Program-made: the position numbers and the translations under genes
Shown here: piece after piece, positions 22,701-31,496 of the stretch
Layout of the letters: each line of letters opens with the position of its first letter
How positions within the stretch are numbered: position 1 is the first letter of the stretch
Notes under the pieces: model-generated
What the model was told of the DNA's origin: nothing
Databases searched by the model: none
The model's input: only the letters and a program-made list of their open reading frames with translations
DNA from: Catajapyx aquilonaris
Lineage: Eukaryota
NCBI GenBank assembly: GCA_000934665.2
Contig: KZ539128.1
Coordinates: forward strand, 1 to 32,641
Direction: 5' to 3'
DNA: 32,641 nucleotides

Positions 22701-24511
22701 TTCCTCACAAAGCCGTGAATATTCCACCCATTAATTAACCTTCGCCATTTACACCTATTCAAACAAACAACCTTAGCTTCAGCCACATCCATGGTCCTAT
22801 TGACACATGAACGTCTCGGCTTAACACTAGCAACACCCTTAAGACACTGGCCCACCTGGTCCAACTATGTCTTCCTAGGCCTACCCTTGCCCCTCTTACC
22901 AACTACTCCACCCAAATAAACCTTCTTCACAATCTCCTCCTCTTTATCCTCTCCACACGGCCAAACCACCTTAGAGTAGACCTACACACCTTATCTTTGT
23001 TACAATAATAATAATAATTTAGGTAGGGGAGGCGAAGTGGTGCTGCGGTAACGTACGCGCCCACGGATGTTAAGGTCCCGGGTTCGATCCCAACCCGGGG
23101 ACACCCCCTTCATCTCGTGCAGAGTTCATTGGGTCACCTCTGGCTTCGTCTCGGGTGGTATTTCCTACAGACTAAACCACCCGGGGGAGTTCACTAAAAA
23201 TGGCCACATAAAGACATTGCACTGCACCTTGCACATCCCCTCCTGTCATCCTGCCCGTGGGCCCGGGCGTTACGTATAAAGGCTCCAATGTACACGACAA
23301 AAATAAATAAAGGTCCGTGCTACATACCTCTGATGAGGTCAGCACTACCCCGGATTATTATTTAAAAAAAATAATAATAATAAAATAATTTAGGTAGTGC
23401 TGACCTCCTTCTCAGGACGTATTGCCTTACTTTATTTATAGGCCTTAAGTACAATATGTACTATCGGGTTCAATTACTTTTGGCCACTTGATCCTGGTCT
23501 TGAAGCAACCCTTCGCATGTTAAAGAGGTGTATGTGTGTGTGAAGGGTTGCTTCAAGACCAGGATAAAGTGGCCAAAAGTATTTGAACCCGATAGTAGCG
23601 TACATATTAGTACCTTTTTGCGAAACGCCTGGATCCATGGGCAGGGTGACTGGGAAGGGATGTGCAAGGTGCAAGTGCAATGTCTGTAACAGTGCATTTT
23701 TGTAAACTCCCTCAGGTGGATTAGTCTAGCGGAGATTCCATCCAAGACGAAACCAAAGACGACCCAACTCTGCACGAGACGAAGGGGGGAGACCCCAGGC
23801 TGGAATCGAACCCAGGACCCTTCCATCCGTGGGCATGTACATTACCGCAACACCACTCCGCCTCCCTCTATTGCTTCTGTTGTTCACTATGCAACATGTG
23901 GAGCTTCCATGCATAGGCAGCATTAGCTAGTTCTGGAGGCTGATGAGCATCTGGAGCAGGCTTAAGCAGCTAATCAACAAACGTCTAAGTGGAGCCTGCG
24001 CCCCATTGCAGAACAGTAGGCTACTGGAAACTGTCAAGGACACGTGCTTTGATTAAATAAATATACAGTACTATGGCCCCCTATTTCAGGCATGGACATT
24101 ATAATGCAACATTGGAAGGTTTCCTGTCTGAACTTCAGATATGCTACAGTAGCTAGAATTGATTGTACCAAAGGGATTTGATTAGCCAGACATTTTTAAA
24201 TGACACATTGCATCACACTGCATGAAAGTTCCTCTGACTCCTGTGATCTGAACACAGGCCCATACAAGTAATGAATTGATGAAGTGTGTAAAATCTAATT
24301 TCAAGTAAGCTTAATGCCCAAAATAATGAGCCCATTACACAAATAGTGAACTGGGGTTGGGGCAGAAAGTAGACACAAGCATTTAAAAAAAAAGTATGGC
24401 ATATGAGGGTTGAATCCCATGGTTTCCTTTAAGCTTTATACAGGGTAGGAAGAAAAGTGTGCTCTTTCTCTTTGCTGTAAGTTACCTTGTGGAGAAAACA
24501 TCCCAGCTCAT
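11695..24511 (-). CDS. THEG: Spliced THEG-repeat protein gene (testicular haploid expressed / sperm microtubule-associated protein-like); 12-exon model, 312 aa
   Basis: Exons 24511-24486, 20741-20661, 20567-20454, 19068-19030, 18971-18942, 18865-18851, 18531-18416, 16719-16586, 16515-16457, 16009-15900, 13629-13493 and 11772-11695. All introns are GT-AG, phases match, and the total is 939 nt with no internal stop. THEG-type repeats: ALKAEASDRLCELATPK and SDRTLSLARPKGCHPLYQPPLKLPRPVSKAALK|AVATSRTLALARP. The symbol denotes the family, not proven orthology. The six 5' exons are tentative. Confidence 0.75.
11809..11847 (+). repeat. (TAC)n/(CAC)n microsatellite
   Basis: Directly visible. Confidence 0.9.
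12115..12353. mobile_element. PIF/Harbinger-type MITE (239 bp)
   Basis: 33-bp perfect TIR AGGCCGCTTCACAAACTCGGCGTTGCGAAAGCG. TTA TSD at 12112-12114 and 12354-12356. CpG-rich, so likely young. Confidence 0.92.
12457..12604 (+). mobile_element. 5'-truncated SINE family C-related copy with (AAAC)n tail
   Basis: TCCTTGCAC..GAAGAAAAA..ATGGTGG..CCACCCCC..GGGGTAAA matches the SINE C 3' part. 16-bp TSD ATCATATAA(C/G)GGATCA at 12441-12456 and 12605-12620. Confidence 0.8.
13186..13243 (+). mobile_element. Isolated head fragment of SINE family A
   Basis: GGGGAGGTGGAGTGGCGTTGCAGTAACACATGTGCCCATGGATGTAAGGGTCCCAG aligns to 1128-1182. Confidence 0.7.
13493..13629 (-). CDS. THEG-like gene exon (AFDPPPRNNYECSDRTLSLARPK...VSKAALK)
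   Basis: TTCTTCACAG acceptor, AAG|GTTAGT donor, phase 1 to 0. Clearest THEG repeat. Confidence 0.88.
13883..14118 (-). mobile_element. SINE family C, 3'-truncated, inserted at the 5' junction of a SINE B
   Basis: Intact head and B-box GGTTCGATCCC. 13-bp TSD TATTAAAAGGACC at 13870-13882 and 14119-14131. No tail. Confidence 0.88.
14129..14402 (+). mobile_element. tRNA-derived SINE family B (GCT anticodon-like loop)
   Basis: Homologous along its length to 21237-21533. 13-bp TSD TTATATTAAAAGG at 13867-13879 and 14403-14415. Confidence 0.9.
14839..15160 (-). mobile_element. tRNA-derived SINE family D with V/Meta-domain-like core and (TAA)n tail
   Basis: B-box GTTCGATCCC. Core GTGTCTGCGTGGGTTT...CTTCCTCCCAC resembles the conserved V-/Meta-SINE central domain (recalled, not searched). 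Long (TAA)n tail at 14839-14895. Confidence 0.78.
15165..15591. mobile_element. MITE with ~110-bp imperfect TIRs, left tip lost
   Basis: TAGGCGATCACTTTGAGTATATGCAACATGGGTCTC (15212) vs GAGACCCATGTTGCATATACTCAAAGTGATCGCCTA (15504). The right end is ...GAACCCTG. Confidence 0.82.
15900..16009 (-). CDS. THEG-like gene exon (PAYLAVSKSM...LELHAYA)
   Basis: TTTCTCTCCACCACTAG acceptor and GTAAGT donor. Phase 2 to 1 fits both neighbours. Confidence 0.78.
16457..16515 (-). CDS. THEG-like gene exon (EPPKPESRLERRLFTPRRL)
   Basis: TTCTTTATTACAG acceptor, GTAAGT donor, phase 0 to 2. Confidence 0.8.
16586..16719 (-). CDS. THEG-like gene exon (KKNLNK...MLYHPP)
   Basis: GATGCAG acceptor and CCG|GTACTG donor. 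The only open frame gives phase 1 to 0, as the neighbouring exons require. Confidence 0.72.
16733..16784 (+). repeat. (ATT)n/(GTT)n microsatellite
   Basis: Directly visible. Causes the poly-N/I/L spurious ORFs. Confidence 0.9.
16938..17169. mobile_element. Tc1/mariner-type MITE
   Basis: TA|GAGGGTGTTCCAAG ... CTTGGAACACCCTG ends. Confidence 0.65.
17174..18037. mobile_element. Tc1/mariner-type MITE containing a nested element
   Basis: TA|CAGGGTGACCCAAAAGTCTGGACACA ... TGTGTCCAGACTTTTGAGTCACCCTA|TA. Confidence 0.82.
17215..17949. mobile_element. Nested Tc1/mariner-derived element with long arms and transposase remnants
   Basis: TA|CAGGGCCATC..GATGACCCTG|TA. The + strand reads RSPDLTLIDFLW (17624-17660; the SPDLTPLDFFLWG motif), then HIQHTQDKIATVASDMSERVWQ. 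The left arm on the minus strand reads HLQHLRDRITTVTPDMME. Confidence 0.8.
18416..18531 (-). CDS. THEG-like gene exon (HFDWKQPNYALKAEASDRLCELATPK...)
   Basis: CTGACAG acceptor, GTAAGT donor, phase 2 to 1, THEG repeat. Confidence 0.85.
18851..18865 (-). CDS. Candidate 15-nt micro-exon (EKIL) of the THEG-like gene
   Basis: Long polypyrimidine tract ending TGTCCCAG, GTAAAT donor, symmetric phase 2. Confidence 0.5.
18942..18971 (-). CDS. Candidate 30-nt micro-exon (PSESIVVHS)
   Basis: AAACAG acceptor, GTAATT donor, symmetric phase 2. Flanking introns of 58 and 76 nt. Confidence 0.42.
19030..19068 (-). CDS. Candidate 39-nt exon (MVSIPKKYLPGY)
   Basis: CAG|GTGTAT donor and a weak AAG acceptor. 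The peptide resembles the S.PK...P.Y half of a THEG repeat. An alternative acceptor at 19114 would include an in-frame TAA. Confidence 0.5.
19264..19694 (-). mobile_element. Non-autonomous Helitron (431 bp)
   Basis: The minus strand begins A|TCTATAATATTAAA and ends CTAG|T, with no TSD. Subterminal hairpin CAGGCCTAGAAAA (19303-19315) / TTTTCTAGGCCTG (19335-19347) encloses CTCGCTTCGCTCG. Confidence 0.75.
20454..20567 (-). CDS. Candidate THEG-like gene 5' exon (FHHGTRQG...DEKPF)
   Basis: CTTTCGTTCAG acceptor, AG|GTACTC donor, symmetric phase 2. No family motif. Confidence 0.5.
20661..20741 (-). CDS. Candidate THEG-like gene 5' exon (YAAVCRN...LLDSH)
   Basis: TATTTAG acceptor, GTATGC donor, symmetric phase 2. 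The 93-nt intron after it is also open in frame. Confidence 0.4.
20887..21636. mobile_element. Tc1/mariner-type MITE with ~100-bp TIRs and TA TSD
   Basis: TA|CAGGGTGAAGGGAAACTCGCGGACAATC ... GATTGTCCACGAGTTTCCTTCACCCTG|TA. Confidence 0.88.
21237..21533 (+). mobile_element. tRNA-derived SINE family B, full length, (ATT)n tail
   Basis: A-box TGGCATAGTGG and B-box GGTTCGAATCC. 14-bp TSD ATTAACTACGCAAC at 21223-21236 and 21534-21547. Confidence 0.93.
21717..22079 (+). mobile_element. SINE family C, full length
   Basis: Same head and body as 9999-10373. TSD AACTA(G/T)CAGTGGGA at 21702-21715 and 22080-22093. Confidence 0.88.
22136..22996 (-). mobile_element. 5'-truncated RTE-clade LINE (ORF C-terminus, 3' UTR, (TTG)n tail)
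   Basis: Translates to TLRWFGRVERI..VKKVYLGGVVGKRGKGRPRKT*LDQV..MDVAEAKVVCLNRCKWRRL (RTE C-terminal motifs LRWFGHVERM and GRPRKTW), with one frameshift and one stop. 11-bp TSD TTGTTACAATA at 22125-22135 and 22997-23007. Confidence 0.88.
22278..22345. other. Assembly gap following a poly-C run
   Basis: 68 N. Confidence 0.99.
23027..23383 (+). mobile_element. SINE family A, full length, young
   Basis: Nearly identical to the copy at 1125. 14-bp TSD AATAATTTAGGTAG at 23013-23026 and 23384-23397. Confidence 0.93.
23398..23869 (-). mobile_element. Older SINE family A variant; tail displaced by later insertions
   Basis: Head AGAGGGAGGCGGAGTGGTGTTGCGG and B-box GGTTCGATTCC. 15-bp TSD ATTGCTTCTGTTGTT at 22115-22129 and 23870-23884. 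Confidence 0.9.
23452..23610. mobile_element. 159-bp hairpin MITE (TA-flanked) inside the SINE
   Basis: ~63-bp arms, e.g. TACTATCGGGTTCAATTACTTTTGGCCACTTGATCCTGGTCTTGAAGCAACCCTTC vs its near-perfect reverse complement at 23542-23597. Absent from the other SINE A copies. Confidence 0.85.
24486..24511 (-). CDS. Candidate first coding exon (MSWDVFST) of the THEG-like gene
   Basis: AAAAATG start context and AAG|GTAACT donor. Phase 2 matches the downstream exons. Confidence 0.4.
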
Positions 24512-25984
24512 TTTTTTCGATTTTAACTCTCAATCACATTCGAATTCTTGTGATGTCACTGCTCTTTGTGCAATTGTGCTGACTTGAATGCTTAAGTGAT
24601 AGGAAAAGGGTAATGCCGAAGTTGGCGACCATGCTGTGCATTGTACTCGACAGGTATAAAAATAATAAATAAAACATTCGTTGAAAAACAGAAAATCCCA
24701 TGAGGCCCTGCTGCCCCGCTCGTCCTTACCCTTTATACATGGATTTGTGTATGGCCAAGAAGAGCCTTTAGCCACCACACCATTAAATCATGATGATCAA
24801 GGAATGAAGGTCACGCACATTGTTGTCAGTTAAATTTTTAAGGCACTGTGTAAACAATGGATACAGAAATAACAATTCCTATTCTGGAACAAAAACCATT
24901 ATGCAACTGGCTGAGAAAAACATATGAAAATCCCCTAGTCAAGACATTCGCCACAAGGATTCGAATGCAGGAACTCCCGAATGGCTGCTTCAACACCTAA
25001 CGATTAGTCTGGTCAAGTCATGAATGCCATGAATTAGGTACATTCACTATAACATTACAATACTGCTCGCTTGGGCTCAGATAGGCTTCTTATGCACACC
25101 TCTTCCTACACGAAGGCCCATGAGGTTCTATTGCAAATTCCACTTTCGGGGCCTCTCATAGTGAACTATGATCATTACTCCACAACCCCACACGGGGGTA
25201 AACAAATCAATCAATCAATAAATAAATACTACTCCACAACCACGACCAAACCATCATATTCTACACTAGTGAAACTATCTTCTGAGATATGTAACTCATT
25301 TTTGACAAAAAGTGGACCTTGATAGCTTTTTCCCCGAGGTCTTCATTTATTTTAGGTAGTTCAACATTTGCCAAGATTGTTTCTGAGACATGCATAGGGC
25401 TATTTTGGTTGATTTAGGAAATTGCAGCAATACATGTTGCAATAGGGGAGAATGAAGTGTTTGTGTGAGTGGAAAAATTAGTTCGAGATAATGTGACATT
25501 CAGGTATGAAGCTGATAATTATACACTTAAGTATTTTGTCAGAATACTATTAGAACTTCCTGCTCAGACAGAAACAAAACTGCATGACCTCATTTAACAC
25601 ACACATTTTTATTCTCTGTATTTCCTTTCAAAATGACAGAATACCAAATATATCACAATTCCCAAAATGCAAATTATTGACCCTCTAAAATAATCAGATT
25701 GGGCCAAGAAACATTTCTTCCAATACCTTTGTACTAATTACTACTAAAAACTTTAGTATCAGGTACAACAAGAATATTGAAGATGGACTAATGAGCCTAA
25801 TTTTAAAATCCAAATATATTATGAACCCCCTTGATTGAAAAATGTCCTGCAGAGTGACATAGCTTCTGTTTTCAATAAAAGGTTTTCAAGATTTCAAAAT
25901 ATTGCAGGTGGACTAGTCCTGTAACACTTTTTAGCTATAACATGGGTAATATTATCTGAATATCCAACATTTTACCTGCAAATG

Positions 25985-26142
25985 ATTATTTTGGGATGTT
26001 GGGATGTTGGGTTTGGGATGTTGGGATGTTGGGATGTTGGGTTTGGGATGTTGGGATGTTGGGTTAGCTTGCGTCTCCCTTCATCGCTGACTACCCCTCA
26101 TAGGGAAATGTCGTGATGTTGTTGTTGTTGTTGTTGTTGTTG
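25985..26142 (+). mobile_element. Extreme 3' end of the same RTE family with (GTT)n tail, interrupted by a G-rich array
   Basis: GGGTTAGCTTG..CATCGCTGACTACCCC..TAGGGAAATGTCGTGATG matches the reverse complement of 22150-22220. Confidence 0.85.
25991..26063 (+). repeat. (TTGGGATG)/(TTTGGG) array, ten GGG runs
   Basis: Directly visible. 25991-26020 and 26021-26050 are identical 30-mers. Confidence 0.92.
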
Positions 26143-27739
26143 AGTGCCAATGGCAGCTTTGTCACAGTACTGACAATTCGAATTACTCTAATACTTTGCA
26201 CAATCCACATACATGTTCCCCTTGGACAAGTTTATTGGCTACATTTGTTTTGCCATCTCTGATAGGCTACCTGGGCATCAAAAGATCTCTTCCAGCATTG
26301 GTTTTGCTGTGACACCCAATAACCCTTGTTGTAATTGATTCCTAACATGTTAGATGAAAAAGTGAAACTTGATTTTTTTCTATTGACATTTGGAGTGGTG
26401 AACATCAGGTTTGAAAGTCCTGTGTTTGCAATTTTTCTTATTTTTACATCAAAATCACCATGAGAAGAGACCAGAAAACTTAAATAAACTTTATCCTAAT
26501 GTTTCCCGGAATGGTAGATGGCACATAAACTTATATTGTATTCTTGCACATTGTCCATTACACCTGACACTTGTTGACATAACTGTTGCATCTAATCATC
26601 CAGAGCCAGTCGTGCGAACAAAAATTAAGACGATCTGATTATGTCAGATTATGCAGTTAATACCTCTATTATGACCTAATCTACAATTCCGCTTCATACA
26701 GCAGGCCCTTCAATGAAATGGGTATTAAAGTGGAGGAACCATATCCACACACATATTAATTTTATTGCATGTGTGGGGAAGGGGGGAGTGTGTTCCTGTC
26801 TTGCATTATAATGATCATGTGCCACAGCAAACCTATCCTGAAAGGTGTCCTTCTGATGCCAACATATTTTTCAATTGCTGCAATATGGCCTAGGGGAGAA
26901 TTGTAAGTTGCAATACAGCTTGAAAAAGTCACATTTCTGTCTGAGATGATATCTTGGAATTCAAATGCCCGCTTTAAACTGTTACTGACAACTGTTGTCA
27001 ATGCAGAGTGGGAAAACTTGAATCAATGGCAGCCATGACATTACTGATGCGAGACCCACTGATAGGCTGCATATTATAAAAACAATCATACTAACAGCCA
27101 TGGAATGTTTAGCGACTCTATGTAGCATGAAAAATAATAATGTAGTCACCAAATATTCACTAATATGATGTAACCACTGCCACTGTGCAGCACAATAATG
27201 CAATTAATGGGCCAAAATAATCCTCAATGTCATCTACTTTCACCAATGACCTTACGATTATTCATACAATACAGTCCTGAGCCAAACCCATATTCTGCAA
27301 CAAATACAGAACCCAATGCAATCAATTCTCATGCACCTCATTTCATAGTGCCTCTTGAAACAGCCACTTGCTGTGTAATACCACTGTGTAGATACCAGCT
27401 ATGTGAATAATGACTTCATCCATATATAAATATAAATTTTCAAAGATAACTTGACTTGCACAGCCCACACTCTTGATAGTAATCCTTTATGTCATAATTA
27501 TGCCACTCTTTTCATTCTCTACCATGCAATATGGAACTGTAGAAAGCAAATAATCCCTGCAATGAAAACATACTGCAGATTTACCAATAATACTGGCCTT
27601 GATTAACTAATAAGAGTAATACATGACAAAAAGTGATCATCTTCCACAAAATAATGCTTGAGCAAATCCAATTACCACAAGTACTTCATCTTTGAGGCAC
27701 TTTATCTTTACATCTGATACATATAACAGTTGCATCTTC

Positions 27740-29524
27740 TCACAATACAACAACACTAAATGGGCTCCTTGGCCTAGGGAGTGACTTTTCTGACTTCCAT
27801 GTGTCTGTCTGTGGACTGTAATACACCACATCTGGAATCCCAATGTTTTTGCGATTTGGCATTGACTCACCTCCAAGTACATACAAATACCCATTAGCAG
27901 CAGCCACTCTTGGTTGCGACACACCTCTCTTCAAAGGAGATACTTTTATCCATTTCTTACACTGAAATGAATACTTCTCCACTGCCTCTGAAGGAGAGTC
28001 TTCCTCCTCTGTTGTGTGTCCCCCCACCACATACAAGTGATCACCCAAAGAAGCAACTCCCACATCCCTGCGAGGACTCAACTGTGGTGGGAGTTGTTCC
28101 CAATTGTTTGTAGATACATTGTAGCATATCACATCATTCAAATAGGCGTTTTGTTCACCAATCCCACCTACTATGTACATATGCCCCTTATGCGAAGCAA
28201 GTCCAATATTGTACCTCGCTTGGGGCATGTGACCAATCACATGCCATTCTTTCTCAAGCGGGTCATATTTTTCAATGCTAGCAAGTACACCATTTTCATT
28301 ACGCCCCCCAAAAGCATATAAACATCCACCTAATTCACAGAGTCCAAAATCATAGCGTCCAACTTCCAATGTTCCAGTAGCTTGTGACCATTTACTTGTC
28401 TTTGTGTCAAATGTGTCAGCTGACTGTAACACAGTGCCCTCAGCTGACTTACCACCAACAACATAGATGACAGGCCCCAAGGCAGCAGTGGCAGGCTGAC
28501 AGCGACCACAACACTCTAAAAATCCTTGACTATTCTGCCTATGCCACTGTCCTAAACACGTATCCAAATATCTTACTCTCTTGTTTTCAGGCACAGATTT
28601 CGTATCCCGGTCATTCCCAATGTCAATAAGGTATAATGTCAGACTGACTCTTCTTCTGATAGCTGATTCCTGAGGTGAGCCAATGCCTTTGGACTGAGAC
28701 ATTGTCTTCAACATATTTTTTAACAAATTATTGGTACATGACTTGGTAGCCTTCTTGATCAGCTTTTCATCTATTGGATAGGCTTGAACTTGTTTCCAGA
28801 TAGCAAAAAAATGCTCTAGCCTCTCTTTCGGGCAATGTTCTGACCAGCGGATGACTGCTTCAAGCACTGGATATTCATCAAAGACATTCAGTTTTTCGCT
28901 TCTCAAGTATTGGATGAGGTCATTCATAGGAAGGTTCAGAAATTCATCGACTTTGGAAATGCTGGCAAACTTAGCGTAAATGAATCTTTCCACAACATTT
29001 GCTAACCTGACACAGTTATGTTCTCTGGCAAATTTGTACATTGAGAGTGCATTTGATGCGCCCAATTGGTCTTCAAGAAACTTCGTGCATTTCGCATCAA
29101 CTACAGGAAACTGCAGCATATTAGCTGCTATGATCACATCCACAACATTATCATGTGACAATTCAACGTCAGTAGTGTATAAATAGTTCACCAATGTCTT
29201 CAAGGTTTCTGAAGACACATCATGAATTTCTATCTCATACTTATTTTTTTCAGCAAGTCCCCCAGTAAACATGGCATTGAAATAATTGCTGCCATTAGCC
29301 AGGATGATTCTGTGTGCTTTGATGCAAGTCCCATCATCAAGAATAAGGGCCACATCACAGAAGGTGGAATTACGTCTGAAGTCTTCCAGCATCTTTCTGG
29401 TGATGAAACAGCTGGGTCCTGGAAAGACACAGGCCAATTGTACTGACTTGATGGGTATAGCAGGGCACACCCAGAGGGTGGGAGGGTGGCAAGAAGTGGA
29501 ATGGATGCAACACATGTGCATCAT
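27740..29524 (-). CDS. Kelch-like BTB-BACK-Kelch protein (Cullin-3 substrate adaptor family), uninterrupted ORF
   Basis: BTB (FCDVALIL..AHRIILANGSNYFNAMFTGGLAE), BACK (EFLNLP..LRSEKLNV..VLEAVIRW), five clear Kelch repeats (YVVGG, YAFGG, YIVGG, YVVGG, YVLGG) plus one degenerate. The true start is uncertain: there is a possible acceptor at 29418, or the later Met of MLEDFRR. Confidence 0.93.
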   Translation of the reverse strand: MMHMCCIHSTSCHPPTLWVCPAIPIKSVQLACVFPGPSCFITRKMLEDFRRNSTFCDVALILDDGTCIKAHRIILANGSNYFNAMFTGGLAEKNKYEIEIHDVSSETLKTLVNYLYTTDVELSHDNVVDVIIAANMLQFPVVDAKCTKFLEDQLGASNALSMYKFAREHNCVRLANVVERFIYAKFASISKVDEFLNLPMNDLIQYLRSEKLNVFDEYPVLEAVIRWSEHCPKERLEHFFAIWKQVQAYPIDEKLIKKATKSCTNNLLKNMLKTMSQSKGIGSPQESAIRRRVSLTLYLIDIGNDRDTKSVPENKRVRYLDTCLGQWHRQNSQGFLECCGRCQPATAALGPVIYVVGGKSAEGTVLQSADTFDTKTSKWSQATGTLEVGRYDFGLCELGGCLYAFGGRNENGVLASIEKYDPLEKEWHVIGHMPQARYNIGLASHKGHMYIVGGIGEQNAYLNDVICYNVSTNNWEQLPPQLSPRRDVGVASLGDHLYVVGGHTTEEEDSPSEAVEKYSFQCKKWIKVSPLKRGVSQPRVAAANGYLYVLGGESMPNRKNIGIPDVVYYSPQTDTWKSEKSLPRPRSPFSVVVL

Positions 29525-30757
29525 ATCTACAGATTACATGCTTGTTGCAAGTATAGTATAGAAAAAAACTAGCTTGGAGTTTCAATGCAGAAGATGGTGC
29601 AATGGACTTTTCTAGTGCTACTATCAATTTCCAAAATGTAGTCACCTCAATTGGCAGCCAAATTGCACAAATACTGACGCATTTTTTAAAATCACGTCAT
29701 TTTTAAAAATCCTGATTCAAGAACTTTAACTCGGTAACAATATATTATTCATTTCAATTCTTGATGTAAAAGAAAAACTACGAAGTTTTAAATGACCACA
29801 ATAATTTTTTATGCAGTTCAGAAAAATGAGCCAGTCTCAGATATTTTATCATCGTGTGTGTATGGCAAAAAAATTCATTGATGGCCCAACAATGCATATC
29901 AGATACTTGATTTATAAAAAATCTACATATCTAATGAGGATGTTTGTGAGTTTCTTTGTTCGCTATAGAAATCCAGGGGAATGCCCCTACACCGCTTTGA
30001 ACCAGCCCCCCCGGAGCGGGGGATTACTTTTTTCGAGGAATTTAATGCGGCATGTTTCAGCTTCCGAAACTGAGCCTAACTCCAACAATAAGTATATTCC
30101 CAATTCCTCTCCCTACTTTCCTCAAAAATAAACCACTAACAATAGAAACATATCAATACCAACACAATATCCCTTCAACAATATTTTTCCAAGTTCCCAT
30201 GGAAATAATGGATACCCCATTCGATAGGCTTCCTTGGGCCTCTTCGGGAACCGTCTTTAATAATTGTGATGAGTGTCTCAAGCATCACCTAGCGCACTTG
30301 ATTGGCAGCCAGCATAACCTTCAGCCTACCCCCCAGACCATTTCCATGCTGAGAGTACATGAGGGCAATAAGGCGTTGCGTCCAATATTGCCACTTTTTC
30401 TTGCCTACTGACAACTTCTGGTGGGGAGGGGGGAGGGGGGCATTGCATTTCTCATATGACCCTGAAGAGCTATGCCTGCAGTAGCTTCATCTACTGGTAG
30501 GGCCACCCAAGTCGGACAGGTCTTTGGGATAGGAGACAGACTAAGAGAGATACCAGTCTTTCCTCTCTTCTTTTTTTTTTCTCTTTGATTCTCTCTCCAT
30601 CTGTACTACCTTTTTGTCTTCTTATAGCCAGATAACCATAGTTGCTTTGGATTCTTGCTAATATACCTAAACCTAATCCTAAACCTAAACCCATATAAAA
30701 TTATAGTTGGTTTTTGATGTAAAGACATCCCGCCCACCACCTTATTTTGATTCCATT

Positions 30758-31145
30758 GGGGCCGTCCATAATCCGCCCCGACATATTTTTTCACTAATTT
30801 ACCTCCCCCCTTCCCCTTTGCGGACAGAAGCGGACAATATCTTACCTCCCCCCCCCCTCTAAAAATTGCGCGGACATGGCCTCCTTGACCCCCCCCCCCT
30901 TCACCACACTGAAAGTGTTTTTTCAATAGGCCTACATTCGTATTTTTATTTTTTGATATCTACACACAAATTTGGTATATTTCACGGGTCTGACTAAAAA
31001 ACAGCCAAGTCCTTAATATTTATTTAACGTTTATTGTCCGCGCGTACAACAGACTTCTACTCCCACCCCCCGGTACGGACAAAAGCAGACAAAGTGCAAC
31101 CCCCCTCTCTCCCTTCACTTGTCCACGCAGATTATGGACGGCCCC
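30758..31145. mobile_element. PIF/Harbinger-type MITE (388 bp)
   Basis: 16-bp perfect TIR GGGGCCGTCCATAATC. 3-bp TSD ATT at 30755-30757 and 31146-31148. Confidence 0.85.
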
Positions 31146-31496
31146 ATTCCCTACAGATTGCCCAGTAAAACAACTCAGGGAGTGAGAAGGTTTGAGAAGA
31201 CACAACATTGTCAGGAAGGACTTTTATATCGGCGCACTGGATTTGGGAGGGGTATGTGTACGCTGCATCACAAGCCATGACCTAACTTTCCTGACTGGCG
31301 GACACAGGCCTATTTTCAGCAGATACAGGCCTAGGTAAAAATGCCGCATCAGCCGATATGAAAGTGTAGCCCATTGTCATATGTTATTCAAATGATAATT
31401 TCTGAAGTACAGTAGCGTAAGACCTGAAGACAAAGAAGACATGTCCAATTCATTTCATGTACTGTGGATTATTGTTATATCACTTTGGGCACACTC

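Noticed and set aside
23330..23336. CTGATGA hammerhead ribozyme core in the SINE tail
   Set aside because: No downstream GAAA or three-stem junction, and the sister copy has CAGATGA. It is the loop of the SINE 3' stem-loop.
22130..23869. SINE-RTE chimeric retrotranscript (template switch) bounded by one 15-bp TSD
   Set aside because: The RTE fragment has its own 11-bp TSD (TTGTTACAATA), so sequential insertion explains the structure better.
30666..30692. Telomere-like CCTAAA repeats
   Set aside because: Only about four degenerate units, and such motifs are common inside DNA-transposon relics.
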